Origin: Protoeuglena noctilucae
Taxonomy: Eukaryota
Reading direction: 5' to 3'
DNA length: 64,000 nt
Assembly: GCA_958009085.1 (NCBI GenBank)
Contig: OY253671.1
Coordinates: 682,001 to 746,000, forward strand
In this document: positions 51,101 through 63,963 of the stretch, in pieces
Layout: the number at the start of each line of letters is the position of its first letter
How positions within the stretch are numbered: the stretch's first letter is position 1
The notes under the pieces: model-generated
What the model saw: only the letters and a program-made list of their open reading frames with translations
Database searches by the model: none
Told to the model about the DNA's origin: nothing
Translations under genes and position numbers: made by a program

Positions 51101-52536
51101 GCTCTCGCCTCCCGCGGCGCGCCCGCGACCTGCGGTCCGCGTCGCCACCCGCAGCCACGTGCCCCGCATGGATGCGATCCTGGTCACGGTGTCGTCGTGC
51201 GCGTTCGACCTCGCCCTCTTCATGGTCATGGCCGTCATCTTCCTCCTCGGCTTCGTCGCCTCCTTCACCTACTGCTTCGGGCCGTACCTCAGCGACTACG
51301 CCACGGCCGGGGCCACGCTCTCGTGAGGGGCACATGTGCATGAGCACACACGCATGAATGTCACACGCATGAGAGCGCATGGGGCCGCCAGCGGCAGCCG
51401 GGGCCGCAACACGGAACCCATGACTCCCTTCTCTCCTCAGGATGCTCATGAGGATGCTCCTGGGAGACTTCAACTACCCAGAACTCCAGGGCGCCAACCC
51501 TATCATGGCCCCCATCCTCTTCTACCTGTACATCTGCTACATCTTCTTCATCCTCCTCAACATGTTCCTCGCCATCATCAACGGTGAGCGGCGGGCACGG
51601 CACTGGGCGGACCGACCCTCGCCGTCGCCCCAGCGTCTGCCCTCACGCGCACTGCCACCCCAGGCCCTCGTCGCCCACCACCGCTCTCATCACCGACATC
51701 ACCCTATCCGCCGCCTCATCACGGCGTCCTCCAGCCCCATCCCACCCCTCTCATCGCTTCGTCACACCGACGTGCCCCACGCAGACTCGTACGCGGAGGT
51801 GAAGGCCAACCAGACGGAGGAGGACCTCCTGTACTACGTCAGGCTCAAGAACACTCTCGTGGAGCGCCTCAACATCCTCCTGGGACGCAAGAGGGCCATC
51901 AATAAGCTCGCCAAGGACCTCATGAGGTGACTTGCGCGGGGCCTACGCCGGTGTGTTCCTGTGACATCCCCGCCGTCTTGCGATGCGGGAGCAGACCAGA
52001 CGCTTCAAGATTGCGCATGTACATCGCTTGTCTGACGCGCTTGGCCGGAGCACTTGGCATGTGCTGGACGCGCCGCTTGTGCCATGCGCCCTCGCAGAGA
52101 CGTGGAGGACGACAAGGTGACGATGGACGAGCTGCGGACGATGCTCCGGGAGAACCCCCAGGCTCTACACGTGCTCGAGACGACGACGGTGGAGGAGCTG
52201 ATGGCCAAGTACGACATCAACAACGACGGGTCGCTCTCTCGCGCGGAGGTGCGGGAGATCATCAAGGAGCTCGCGCTGAAGGAGGCGGCGGTGCAGGCGC
52301 GCATCGACGACGCGCAAGAGCACGGGGGCATGGCGCGGCCCACGACGGCGCACCGCCGGGCGCGGGGGATGACGGGCGTGGGCGACATGGGCATGAGCGG
52401 TGCGGCGATGGAGTCGATTGAGGAGCGGCTGGGCGGGCTGGACGAGGCCGTCAAGGACCTGTCGAGGAATGTGGCCAAGAAAATGGCCCTCATGATTGAG
52501 CTCATGATGTCCCTGTCGGAGCAGGTGGGGCGGTGA
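48171..52536 (+). CDS. PKD2: Polycystin-2 / TRPP cation channel with C-terminal EF-hand and coiled coil
   Basis: MRDFILYIVFVVVFS (S1), LRIRQ|VR, SWLSEDTRALIV, LLEFPPVG, LWNWVD, RMLLGDFNY, FFILLNMFLAIIN|DSYAEVK, EF-hand DINNDGSLSRAE. Confidence 0.93.
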
Positions 52537-53053
52537 GGGCGGAGCTCGACCCGACACCGCCCGTGGGCGCCGGCACGCGCCCTGTGCGGCCCTGATGTGC
52601 CCAGGTCAGTTAAAGGATCCAACGAGATGCTGGACGCAAGGGCTGCCCTTGTTTGTCAAATGGGCCTTTTTGCAAGGTGGCGGTGGGTGCTGTGATGATA
52701 GTACCAGTGCGGCGTAGTTGCGGTGGCCGTCGGGTTGGCGGGACGGGGGAGGCTTATGATCTTATGTAGAAATAGTATCGGGGCGTCTTTTTCCAGCTGG
52801 CAGAGGCCGGCTTGCCCCACAAGTGCCACGTGTGGTGTGGTGCGATGCAGTGCGGTCCGCGTGGGCCCTGGAGGCTAGCTAGCGTGGGGGGGGCCTTGAA
52901 CGCGCCGCGCCAGGAATCGGTTCAAACGGCGCCCGTCGCCGCGCGCAAGCCCCAGCGGCGGCTTTCATGCCATGCCCCGACGATGTCCTGCTGCAGCGAC
53001 GGCAGCGTCACGCTGACCCACCCGTTGTGCATGGCCCACGCGTCGGAGCTGTG

Positions 53054-53745
53054 TCACCAAGACCCATCCACTTTTGGAATATCGTGGTGCTCTGAGAGGC
53101 TGCCCAGGTATTCGTTGAACTGCCGGACCTTCTCCACGTGTGTTGGAAGCGACTTGCCCTTCTTGATGTCCTGTTTGTGGCGCTTCAGTAACTTCTCCTC
53201 GAACCTGCACGCACCGTAGCAGTGGTTGACTGTAATTGCCATTTCCGGCACACTCAAACCACTGCTCCGTGCGCCACGGGACAAAGCCGCACAAAGCCGC
53301 AGGGCTTGACGCCCTCTCTGCGCTGCCGTGGATCGCAGAATGCTCTACGATGCCGCACCTTTTCTGCGCATCCGTCCGCGTGTCCGCTGGGGGCCCCGCC
53401 CTCCCAGAACTCTCGCCCTTGTCCTCTCCGGCCTTGGAGTCGGCTGCAGGCACGCCGGGGAGAGCTTCTACGACCCCGCAGGCAAAGTGATGCATGCATA
53501 TCGTCGATTGCTTGCTCTGCTAGCCCTCACATGCGACCGCGCTGGCGTCCCCGGCCTCCGCTGAGGCCTCCTTCCCCTCCTCGGCCTTCTCCTTCGCCGC
53601 CTTCTTCTTCTTCTTGATGGGCAGTCCACCCTTGAGCTTCAGCGCTCCCCCTGCAAGCGATTGGCCGCCCATCGTCGGCCGCAGGGCGTCTGCTGCCCAA
53701 CAGTTGAGGCCCCGCGGGTGCGCACTCACCGATGAACGTCGACAT
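53054..53745 (-). CDS. FAM32A: FAM32A-like (DUF1754) small nuclear protein
   Basis: MSTFIG|GALKLKGGLPIKKKKK..DTRTDAQKR|FEEK..THVEKVRQFNEYLGSLSEHHDIPKV. Confidence 0.88.
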
Positions 53746-54255
53746 GCCACCCGCTTGTCCCCCCTCGCTCCGTCCTTGAAATTCAGGGCCCTCCAACCGC
53801 CCTACAGTGAGTCGCGGCCTGGCCCGCGCTCAGTCGCCCTTGGCCTTGCCCGCGTCCCCCGGGTCGGCGCGGGGACCTCCACCACGAGCAGGTGGTACGC
53901 GAAGATGCACGCGATGGTGAGGAAGCCACACCAGGTCACTAGTTTCCCCAGCGTCTCCACGGCGATCATGACGCGGGGAGGCTCTGGAAGGCGACCGACG
54001 CGGCGCTCTCCTGCTTGGCACGTGGGAAGGGTCCCTCGCGCACCGTGAACAGGGATCGGCGGGCTCTGGATGATGCAAACACGGCGACGTGGCGCATTCC
54101 GCCCCTAATGTGGCGTCCCGGCCGCGACACCCTACTGGCGGGTATGACCCGGGTCGTCCAGCGCGGCCGGCGTATGCGCCCGGGGCCTTCGCCCGGCGCT
54201 CCCTCTTTCAGCGCCCACGCCTGTCGGCACCGTGACGTGAGCGAGGGGGGTCAAG

Positions 54256-55441
54256 ATGGGGCGCATGCACTCGAACGGGAAGGGTATCTCCAGGTCGGCG
54301 ATTCCCTACAAGCGCACCGCGCCGGCTTGGCTCAAGTCGACGTCGGAGGATGAGGTGAGGCCGCGGGGCCTTTCGGACGACTCGGCGCGACGCTGTGCCC
54401 CGGGGCGGGCAGACTCGGGCGAAAGGAGGGCGTGGTTGCCGGGCGAAAACGCCCGCGACCATTTTGCCGGCTGCTGGGGCCATTGGGGAGGCGCGGGGAC
54501 GGGGCTCGGGCGGGGAAGGCCCCGGTTCGCCGCCTGGGCGGCATCCCCGCGCACGTCGCGTGCGCCGAAGCGCGTTTGGTGGATTCTTGGGGGCTGTACC
54601 GCGGCCAGAGGTGGCTGCCGACCCCTCCCGCGCACGCGGGGGCGGGGCTCGCCGGCAGGGCCTCATTCGCCGAGCTGGGACCGTCATGCGCCGGGCGCAC
54701 TCGCGCCCAGAATGATTTGCTCAGTGCGGCCTCCCGGCGATGCCTGCGCTTTCCTGGGGCCGCACGCGCGCTGCTCGGGGGGCTGTCCGAGTGCTGGTCC
54801 GGCTCTTGCCGCCGCTGGCAGCCGCGTTCTACCCAGCTGCCCCCCTCCTCTGCCACAGGTGGTGGAGCTGATCTGCCGGCTGGCGAAGAAGGGCATGACG
54901 CCCTCCCAGATTGGCGTGGTGCTGCGTGACTCGCACGGCATCCCGCTGGTCAAGAACGTCACGGGGAACAAGATCCTCCGTATCCTGAGGGTGATTGCTT
55001 GCGCCTGCCGGGCCCCTCTCCTCGGCCCGAAGCCTCGGAGACCGGGCAGCCGCAGATGGCACGGGTGGAGGGCGTGCCCGAAGGCCTCCCCGACGCCGCC
55101 TGCTGTTTTGCCTTCGCAGGGGAAGGGGCTGGCGCCGGAGATCCCGGAAGACCTGTACTGCATGATCAAGAAGGCCGTGTCGATGCGCAAGGCGAGTCGG
55201 GGAAAGCACGGAGAGCGCCTGCACCACCCTGTGTCGGCCGCACGGCGAGCCCGGAGCGAGCTGCGCCGTCCCATCTTGACCGCAGCACCTGGAGCGCAAC
55301 CGCCGCGACAAGGACACCAAGTTCCGCCTCATTCTGGTCGAGTCCCGCATCCACCGCCTGGCCCGCTACTACAAGACGTCCAAGAAGCTGCCGCCCACGT
55401 GGAAGTACGAGTCTGCCACCGCCTCGGCCATGGTCGCATGA
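54256..55441 (+). CDS. RPS13: 40S ribosomal protein S13 (uS15)
   Basis: [20 protein letters not shown]..|[28 protein letters not shown]..|[11 protein letters not shown]..|[30 protein letters not shown]; 4 exons. Confidence 0.99.
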
Positions 55442-55759
55442 GCTCGCGTCCCCCAGCACTGCGGCCTTTGCTCCGCCGGATGCCTGGGCCGTTGAAGCCG
55501 AAGCTCTCGCGCGCCAGTCGAAGGCCGATGGCCCTTGCCAACGCGACAGCATGAAACTGGTGGGATGCTGATGGTGTCATCCAACGCAGCCGCCAGCGGC
55601 TGGGAGCGGGGCAAATACCCGCAGGTGTGCACTGGCGGCTCGTGATTGCCGGTTTACGCTTCGTCCGGTGCGGGAGCATCCCCTGCCAGACAGAAAGGAG
55701 CTCCAAGCTGGTTGCCACTGCCTCATTACTTGAGAGGCGCCTGCAATGGGAGCGCAGCC

Positions 55760-57983
55760 ATGAAGCCGGTTGCTGGGTCCGAGGAGGGCAACAAGTTGCT
55801 CGAGGAGCGGCAGAAGCAGATCCAGCGCAACAAAGAGCGGCTTCGTGAGCTGGGTTTGGAGGACCCTTGGGCCATCGCGCAGGACGAGGGCTTCGACCAG
55901 GTCGTGCAGGACAAAGAAGAGCGGGAACGCGAGGTGCGAAGAGAGACGCTCTTGCCCGACGAGCAGGCGGGCTGTTTCCCTTTTCCCGCCCTGGCCCACC
56001 CTGGTTTCCGCGCAGGAGAGGCAGAAGAGGCGCCGGGCGGAGGAGAGAAGGGCGCAGAAGCGCGAGAAAAAAGATGTGGAACCAGTGCGGAGGTCCACGC
56101 GGAACCAGGGGAAGCAGGTGGACTACACGGGCGGAGCTGCGGGGGACGTCGAGGCGGGGACGCGCAAGGTGCGCGCCTCGCTGCGCGAGACAGCGGCGCC
56201 AACGCATGCGAAGTGCATCGTCTCAAGACGCCACGATACCGGCCGCAGAAGGCTCCCAAGCCCCGGGGCGAGCGAAAGAGGGCTGCTGCACCCAAGGCAG
56301 CCAACCAGGAGGACCACACTGACTCGAAGGCGGTGACGGAAGCGAAGCACAGGGCCATAGATTGGATCCGTGATCACGCGCGCGGTGTGGAGACTGAAAA
56401 AAAGAAGATGCTCGGGGTGAGGACACGCCGTGTCACCCCAGGGGCTCAGGGGTCGCTCAACTGTCGCGCTGGCCTCCATCCGTGATTCCATCACGCACGC
56501 AGTCCATGGTCTCTGGGGGGTTTTGGTGCCAAGGGCCCCCGTCCTTTACCTCGTACTTGCCGCAAGACGAGGGCCCTGTGATGCTGAAGTACGGAAGGGG
56601 GACTTGGCCTTGCAACTGGCTGGGCCTCAAGAGGCGCGGGACTGGAGGGGGATTTTCAGCAGGGTGGCGCGGGTTCGCAATCGAGAATGAGCTGAGCGTG
56701 GGGGACTATGTTGTCTACGATCTCCTGGAGGTGAGGAGGGACAGGCGCACGGCCGGCAGGCGTCAACTCCACGCAGGCCCTTGCAAAGCCCGCCGCCACC
56801 ATTCCTCTGCAGGTCAAGACAGGCGAGGTGCCCATCATTGAAGTGCAAATCTTTCGGTGGCGGGACTACGCCACGGGTGAGGTGGGCGCCGGCATTCAGG
56901 GCCATGCTTCCACCAGCGGGGTGGGCGGCGGGGCCGGCAAGGGCAAGAGGGAGGGCAGCAGCAGCGGGGGCAGCAGTAGCAGCGAGAGCAGCAGCAGCGA
57001 GGAGTCGTCGGAGTCATCTGAGAGCGAGGAGAGCAGCAGCGGGATCAGTGACGGCGACCAAGGCGAGCCCGATGAGGGCTCCGGGCGGGGCGAGGATGTG
57101 TGGAACCGGGACGGGCCCGCGAGCGGGACGGACAGGCGCAACGGGCGCGGCGACGCCGCCCGCGCGGCTCCGCGAGCGACCCGTCGCATCGTAAGCACCC
57201 GCAACGTCCCCGCCCGGGAGAGGCCGCCCCGGACCCGGCCAGGATCCCCGCGTCGTGCGAAGCAGCGGAAGGCGAGGGAGGTGGCGTACGAGGAGGAGGA
57301 CTCTGGTCTGCACAACACGTGGGAGGACACGCTGGGGACGTGCAGCGGCGACGGTCTGCTCAGCGGCAGCGGCGTCGGCGCCACAGGCGAGGGCTTGCAT
57401 GAGCGCGGCGAGTGACGGCGGTGTTTGCGGACGATCCTTTCACTGCATGCTGCCTCCACCCTTCCCCGCAGCGGAGCTGGACGAGGGCAAGGGCCAGGAG
57501 CACAGCAGTGCCGCCGACGATGGCGGTCGCGACTCGGGAGAGACGAGCGATGACAGCGACGTCGTGCTGATCCCCAGCAGGTCAAGGTTCGTGCGCCAGG
57601 CCCCCGCCGTGCCTGCGACCGCCGTGGAGCGCATGGGCCGCGCGCTGGGACGGCCCGCGTCCTCGGATGCGCGCCCGGGGTCGACCTCTGGGCGTGGCCA
57701 AGGGCGCAAGAGGGCGCGAAGTGCGGTCCCGCCGAGCATCCTGTTCTCGAGGGGCCGCGTCCTGGGCCCCGCGCTGACGAGCGGTGTGGATCAGGAGAGA
57801 ATCGAGAGCATCACCTTCAGCCGCACCGGGCGCGCGGGGCGCGAGTACCTCGTGCTCTGGGAGGACAGCCCCAAGCTCTGGGACGCCTCCTGGGTCACCG
57901 AGCAGGTGCTGGGGGATTTGGCAGGAATCAAGTGTCGCAGACTGCCAGAGAGGGCGAAGCAGGCGCTTTTGGAGCACATGTAA
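55760..57983 (+). CDS. B3 DNA-binding domain protein with C-terminal chromodomain-like segment
   Basis: N-terminal EERQKQIQRNKERLRELGL, B3 domain SMVSGGFW..FSAGWRGFAIENELSVGDYVVYDL, Ser/Glu-rich linker, then IESITFSR..EYLVLWE..ASWVTE. Confidence 0.8.
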
Positions 57984-58100
57984 TGGCTGACCCCGCGATG
58001 CGTTTGCTGGTTGTCTTGGAGCGCAGGTGGTGTTGCATCTTCTAGGTTGGAACCGGTCTCGGCTCTAGCGGGTGGCCCGTACCCATAGCGGCTCTAGCGC

Positions 58101-59689
58101 ATGGCCAGCTCGGCGGCTTTCGTGAACTGCGGACAGGGACACTCCTGCCAGCCGCACCCGCGCAGCCGCGCTTCAGAATGGGTTGCGTGGGGACGCTCAG
58201 CGGGCCTCCCGGCCCGCACTCGACGGTGACGAGCCTGGCATGGCATACCGTGTCGCGCGAACGCGAGTCTCCATGTGCTTGAGCTCACTTTGGCACGCGT
58301 GCGTTTCGATTCGGCCTTTTTTGGCGCTGCTGGAGTGGATCGAGAATATGCATTTGCAGGCACTGGTGCGGGGCGAAGGAGGAGGACATCGACGTCACCA
58401 CGTTTCGCTTTACGCTCGGAAATGAAGACTGGGACAACGCCGTGCCCCGGGTCGTGGGTCTTCTGGCTGGAGCAGGTGCATGGCCGCGCCCGACGCCTCC
58501 GAGGCCCGCCCCACGGCTTCCGAGGCCCGAAGTTGCATGGTTCCCGCGTTCGCGATTGCAGGTATGATAACAAACCACCTGTCAGCACCTTTCCTCGGGG
58601 GAGCTCAGTGGCGGTCGGAGGCCCTGGGCGCCGTTCTCTGCGCCCTCTGCATCGCCATGCCCTCCGTCGAGTTGCGCATCAGGTGCGTCGGCGTCGCCCA
58701 GCGATCGCATTTCAAAGCACAGCTCACCGTCGTAGTCGTAGCTCTCCTGTTCGGCCAGCCGTGCCGGGAGCGCCGAGCTGCCGATGCGATGCAGGGAGCT
58801 GACGCCTGGGAAGGGACGCAGGGCGATGCAGGAAGACATCGCGGGGTCCAGGCAGGTCTTCAAGGTCGCGGAGGGCATCAAGGATTCTTTGAAGAACGAC
58901 CTGGCATGGGTGAGGCGTGGTGGGGACCCTGGTGCGCATCGCGCGAGGGGTGTGCTTTCAGCGGGGCAACACTCCTTTGTCTAGTCTTGCCTGTTCTGTG
59001 CGTCGCCCTCCAGGCATCCTTCACGCTAATCAAGTCGACGAACGCGTGCACCGTGGTCGTCACTGAGAGTCCTGGCGGGCGAGCGCTGGTCTGCCGGTGA
59101 GCCTGCTAGCAGCACCCTTGCTTACGCACCGTGTCGTGGGCCGCTTCAGCCCGCCGCACGACTGCCCTGGAAAGCGTGGGCGCAGGGGAGCGGTGGGGGC
59201 GACCGCGATGGGGACACTGAACCAGGCGTCGCCGAGCGAGGACGTGCTGGCGGCCCTCGGGGCGGCCGCCAAGACGGTCCAGGAGGCAGCACCGGACAGC
59301 GCCGCGCTCTACCTTCCCGACAAGATCTCCCTGGCTGCTGTGAGTTCGGTCTTCCCGCGGCACCCCGTGCAGCTCAAGCAGCTGTTCCAATTGTACCACC
59401 CGGCCTTGGCATCCCTGGCGCCCGCAGAAGTCTCAGTCGTCGTGGACTCTGGTGCCAGCCGGGTGCTCCTCGCTGCTGGTAACCCCCCTGGCAAACAAGG
59501 GGCACCTCATCCTGATGTCCGAGCAAGAGAGGGCCTTCAGGCAAGGAAGCTAAAATCTTGGTGCATTGTCCCAGTAGCCTGCGTTTGGAGACGGGGTCTG
59601 ATCCGGGTCCCCCCCCCTCGCATGGCCGCAGCGTGAAGGAGCGCGCGTGGGTCGAGAGCGTCGCGCGGAAGCTCGCTGGGGCCCTGTGA
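58101..59689 (+). CDS. CCB2: Cofactor assembly of complex C subunit B, CCB2-like (cytochrome b6 heme ci attachment)
   Basis: IDVTTFRFTLG, RSEALGAVL, KNDLAW|ASFTLIKSTNA..LVCR|G, SVKERAWVESVARKL* are motifs of the CCB2/CCB4 family. Confidence 0.8.
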
Positions 59690-60022
59690 TGCGACGAGAG
59701 CGAACAGGGTAGCGACTCTCCACTTCAGGGTGCGCGTCACAGCGCGTAGCGGTCCGGGCGGTCCGGGCACGTGCAATGACCTACAGCGAGAACTCATCGT
59801 TTCGTGCGCTGATGGCCAAGCAGGCTCGCCAGCGCATCAATGCTGACGGGATGCGATGGGATTAGGTGTTTTTCGCGCTTGAGGGTGACCACAGACGCTG
59901 CAAATCGGTGTCGGAGCTTGCTGTGAAATCTGCAGAATCGGCGACATCTGTGCGGTTGCGTCACTTCCGCGCATTCAATCGGGGCGGAAGAAGTCCAGAG
60001 GTCACGGGAACCTCTCGAGAGG

Positions 60023-63000
60023 ATGCGAGTTTTGTCCCTGCTAGGGTGCCCGCCATTGGCAGCGGCCCGGGAGCCAGCGCGCGGTCGCGCTCGAGCGAGG
60101 CTCGTTCATCGCGCCTCTTCTGAGGTCTCCGGGGCTTCCGGGCCCGCAAAGACCATGAGCCCGCTGTGGGAGCCACCTTTTGAGCAGCAGGAGCTGCCGT
60201 CCGTCATACACGATCACGACATGGACAGTAGATGGGACTGGCAGACGGCAGCGAGGTGACGGCGCTCTCGGCGACACGGTGTGGAGAGGCGCTGCTGCGG
60301 CTCAGCTCATTGTGCCCTCCCGCGACGCGCGAGGGCAGCATGCGGCGTCAACTCCTCTCATCGCACGCGACTTTGTCGGTTTCGCTCGATGGACGCCCTG
60401 CAGGGTGATTGCCGCGTTCGAACGCTGCAGCCACGGCCGCTGACCGCGCGGTGTCTTTGTGCGAGCCTGCAGGCCCGGGGAGGTGGTATACGAGGACATC
60501 ACGCCCGAGGAGTGTGACGGTTACTTCGGATACTCCAGTAAGCTGGACGACAAGTACGAACTGGGCCCTCGCATCGGCCGAGGGGCGTTTGGTACTGTGC
60601 GGCTGGCTCGACACCGGGAGGAGGGCCTGTGGTACGCCATTAAGGCCATACCTAAGGTGCGGAGAGAGTCGCTATTCTCCTTGGCGTCCCGCACCTCGAG
60701 CGCGGGCCACCATGGGCCTCACCTCGCCCGCAGGTGCCGCGGTCGGGCGTGTGCTCTCGCGTGTACCTGGAGCGCCTGCGCAACGAGGTCCTCTGCATGC
60801 GTCAGCTGGGCGGCAGCTTTGACACGGTGCTCCTGAAGGACGTCTTCGAGGACAAGGTGCGTATTCGCCATGCGTTTGCTTGAGCTCTGCTTGAGCAACT
60901 GCGCTGGGCGCCACCATACCCATGCACTGCTCTTGCCCCTGCTCGCGACGAGGCCTCTCTGACGCTGTCTTGGTCGTGGCCCGCAGGCCCGCCTGTACCT
61001 CGTGCAAGACGCGTGCGCGGGGGGCTCGGTGCTGGACCGTATGCGCCAGCAGCAGGGCGGCAGTCTCCCGGAGGACGAGGCGCGGCACATCATTCGAGGA
61101 GTGCTGCGCTTCCTGCACCAGTGCCACAGCAAGGGGATCGTGTACCGGGACGTCAAGCCTGCCAACTTCCTCTTCCTCACGCGCGACAGGTGGAGTCCCG
61201 TCAAGGCGTCCGACCTCGGCCTGGCCGTGCGGTGGCGCCCGGGGGACAAGCCTCTGCGTGGTGAGAGCGGGACGCTGGTTTTCATGGCCCCCGAGGTCTT
61301 CATCAAGCGCTACGGGCAGGAGGTGGACCTGTGGAGCGCCGGATGCACGCTGCACCAGATGCTGACGGGGGAGACGCTCTTCTATGACGAGAAGGTCAAG
61401 ACGGACAAGGAGTCCATCATCCAGCGCATCATGATGGAAGTGAGTCCAGGCAGCAGCAACAGGAACAGTACCACCACCACCACAAGCTACCCAAGTGGTC
61501 CATGTGGACAAACAACGCCGTGACGGAGGCCAGGGCGCAACGCCGCGGCTGCGGCTGGCAACGAGTCCTGGGTGCCGGGAAGGGTGCCTAGTCCGTGCGA
61601 CACGCCCCACTCCCTATGCTTGATGCTCGCAGAAGCTCGACTTTGGGGAGGAGTGGCAGGCCAAGCACAACGTGTCGCCCGAGGCGGCGGACCTCCTGTC
61701 CCGTCTGCTGCTGAGGGACCCCGAGAAGCGGGCCACAGCGGCAGACGCGCTCAAACACCCCTGGCTCTCCCTCAACGCAACCGTGGAGGAGCCGGTGAGG
61801 CGCCGTGGCCTGGGCGCCCCGTGAGAGCCGCTCGCATTGCCAGCGAGCTGACTTGAGAGTCGTCCTCGTGCGATGCAGGACACCCAGAGGTCGAGGGCGA
61901 GCGAGGCCCTGGACGGCACGCTCCTGCAGCGCATGCAGCGCTTCGCCACGCACTCCCGGCTGATGCAGCTGGTGCTGTCGTTAATCGCGCAGGACGAGTC
62001 CATCAAGCGCGAGGGGCTGGGCCTGTCTAAGTGAGAGGCTCGAGGCGCGCCACGCCTGACGTGCGCCGAGCATGCGGTCGAGTACATCACGCGAACCCAC
62101 CTGCTCCTTGGTCGCACTGCAGGCTCGACGTGAGCTTCGGGGACGACTTTGCCCCGGCAGCCCTCTCGGGCATGGACGTCAAGGCCCTCCATGTCTTCCT
62201 CTCCAAGCTGGGATACAAGCTGACGTTTGGGGAGTGCCAGGTTAGACGACAGTACCCTTGCCGATGTGATTTGCCGCCCCCCCATTCACGCCGTTGATCG
62301 CCTTGCCGCCTGGTCCCCGCCACGCAGCAGCTCTTTTCGCGTCTGGACGTCAACGAGGACGGAGCGCTGTCGGAAATGGAGGTCCGCCTGAGTCTCTTTC
62401 CATGGGACCGGGTGAGACCCTCGTGACCCTCCGCCACGACGTCCCGTGCCACGTGTCTTGGCCAAGTGCTGTCAGGTCAGCGTGCTTCCCTGCTACCCGC
62501 AGGTGTTCCGATCGGAGCTCTGGGAAGTCTACGTGGACCGTGCGTTCGACATCCTCGACGAGAACCGTAACGGGACCGTCAGCATCGACAAGGTGGTCTC
62601 GGTCATGGCCAGCATGCTGCAGCGGACGGGGGCGGGCAACTCGCACTTTGACGAGTTTGGATGGGAGCATGAGGGGGAGGGCGGGGAGAGGTCGCTGGTG
62701 GAGCGGGCAAGAGACATGCTGCGGTGAGGAGGGTAGCGTTGGACGGGTAGGGGACCCTTGAGACCCTACCCGATCGCCAGAGGCACCCACACGTGCTCTG
62801 CCGCCCGCAGGGAGGTGGGGTCCGACGCGTCTGGCAACTGGCGCCTGACGCGGCACGACTTCCACCGGGCACTGACGCCCGTGGACATGGTCGACGACCT
62901 CGTGGGCTACGACCACCGCAAGGCCATCGCCATGCCAGGCGCGGGCGTCCTGGCGACCCCCGACGCAGCGCCGATGGCCACACGGGACGTGGCGCCCTCA

Positions 63001-63120
63001 GGCGACGAAAGCGACAGCACCCAGGAAGCGGGACCCGACTGGCCCATGTGGTCGTCTTTTGACTACACCGGGGACGCCGACTACCTCCTCACGCAGACGA
63101 ATGTGGCCCGCGGCGACTGA
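60023..63120 (+). CDS. Calcium-dependent protein kinase (CDPK)-like
   Basis: IGRGAFGTV, AIKAIPK, IVYRDVKPANFL, DLGLA, GTLVFMAPEV, DLWSAG, LKHPWL, junction TLLQRMQRFATHSRL, EF-hands DVNEDGALSEME and DENRNGTVSIDK. Confidence 0.9.
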
Positions 63121-63293
63121 AGGCCAGCCCAGGGGTGCGCGCCTCCCAGTCCCACTTTTCCGTTCGTTCGTTTCAGTGCCGGCGGCCAGTTGATCGCCGC
63201 GACAGTCATCGCACCTTCAGGCCCCAGAACCGGCCAGTAAGTCTTAGCTGTAGCGCCTGCCCATGTCTAGCCCTCCCTCTTTGGCCAATCTGC

Positions 63294-63963
63294 CTAGGCC
63301 TGGATCAATCCCTCCAGCTTCCGCATATGAGCGATGCGGTCCTGGATGCCGGCGACCAACGCGTGTCCCTCCAGCACGCTCGTCACCCTGTTGGTACAAC
63401 AATAGTGCATGAGAGTGCTGTGACGTCGGCCACGTCACGCGGGATGCTCCAAGCTAATGGCTCACCAGTCGCGGAAGGCCCTTGCAGCCGGGGACACGGC
63501 GGACACGGACGGGCTCTTAAACTCGTCCAGGTCGGCGTATTTGGCCGCCTTGGCAACCTGTTTGGGTTTGAGCTGCGCGATGTCGAACTCTCTGCACTGC
63601 TTTAGGAACGTCCAGTCACTGAGCGCCATCATCGCCGTCTTCCAGTCCTCCTTGCGCCCATGCAGCGCCATGACCGCGTTCAGCACAGCGCGGAGGGCTG
63701 CGCTGGGGTTCGCGTAGGACTTCATCTCGCTGATCTCCGCCTTGGTCAGGTTCTGGAGCGCCTCGGCTGCCTTCGATTGCATCTCAGCGACACGACTCAT
63801 GACGGGCTCGATCTCCGCACGGATGGCGTCGCGCTCCGCCACCAGCGCGGCCTTCTGCGCACAGGTGACATGCGTTGGGCCTGAGGGACCCAGGCAGAGG
63901 GCAGAGCGGGAGGAAAGCATTGCCATTGCAGAGATCTCGAGTATTGGCACTCACGTCCGCCAT
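63294..63963 (-). CDS. Small protein (163 aa if ATG at 63963 is the start) consisting of a dynein stalk-head / microtubule-binding domain
   Basis: Exons 63963-63955, 63854-63466 and 63387-63294 join in frame. AAEALQNLTKAEISEMKSYANPSAALRAVLNAV..DWKTAMMALSDWTFL..FD..VSPAARAFRDW|VTSV matches the dynein MTBD pattern. Confidence 0.8.

Noticed and set aside
54355..54858. Long first intron of RPS13 as a possible snoRNA (U14-like) host
   Set aside because: Only a short CATTCGC match, with no convincing box C (TGATGA) or box D (CTGA) pair.
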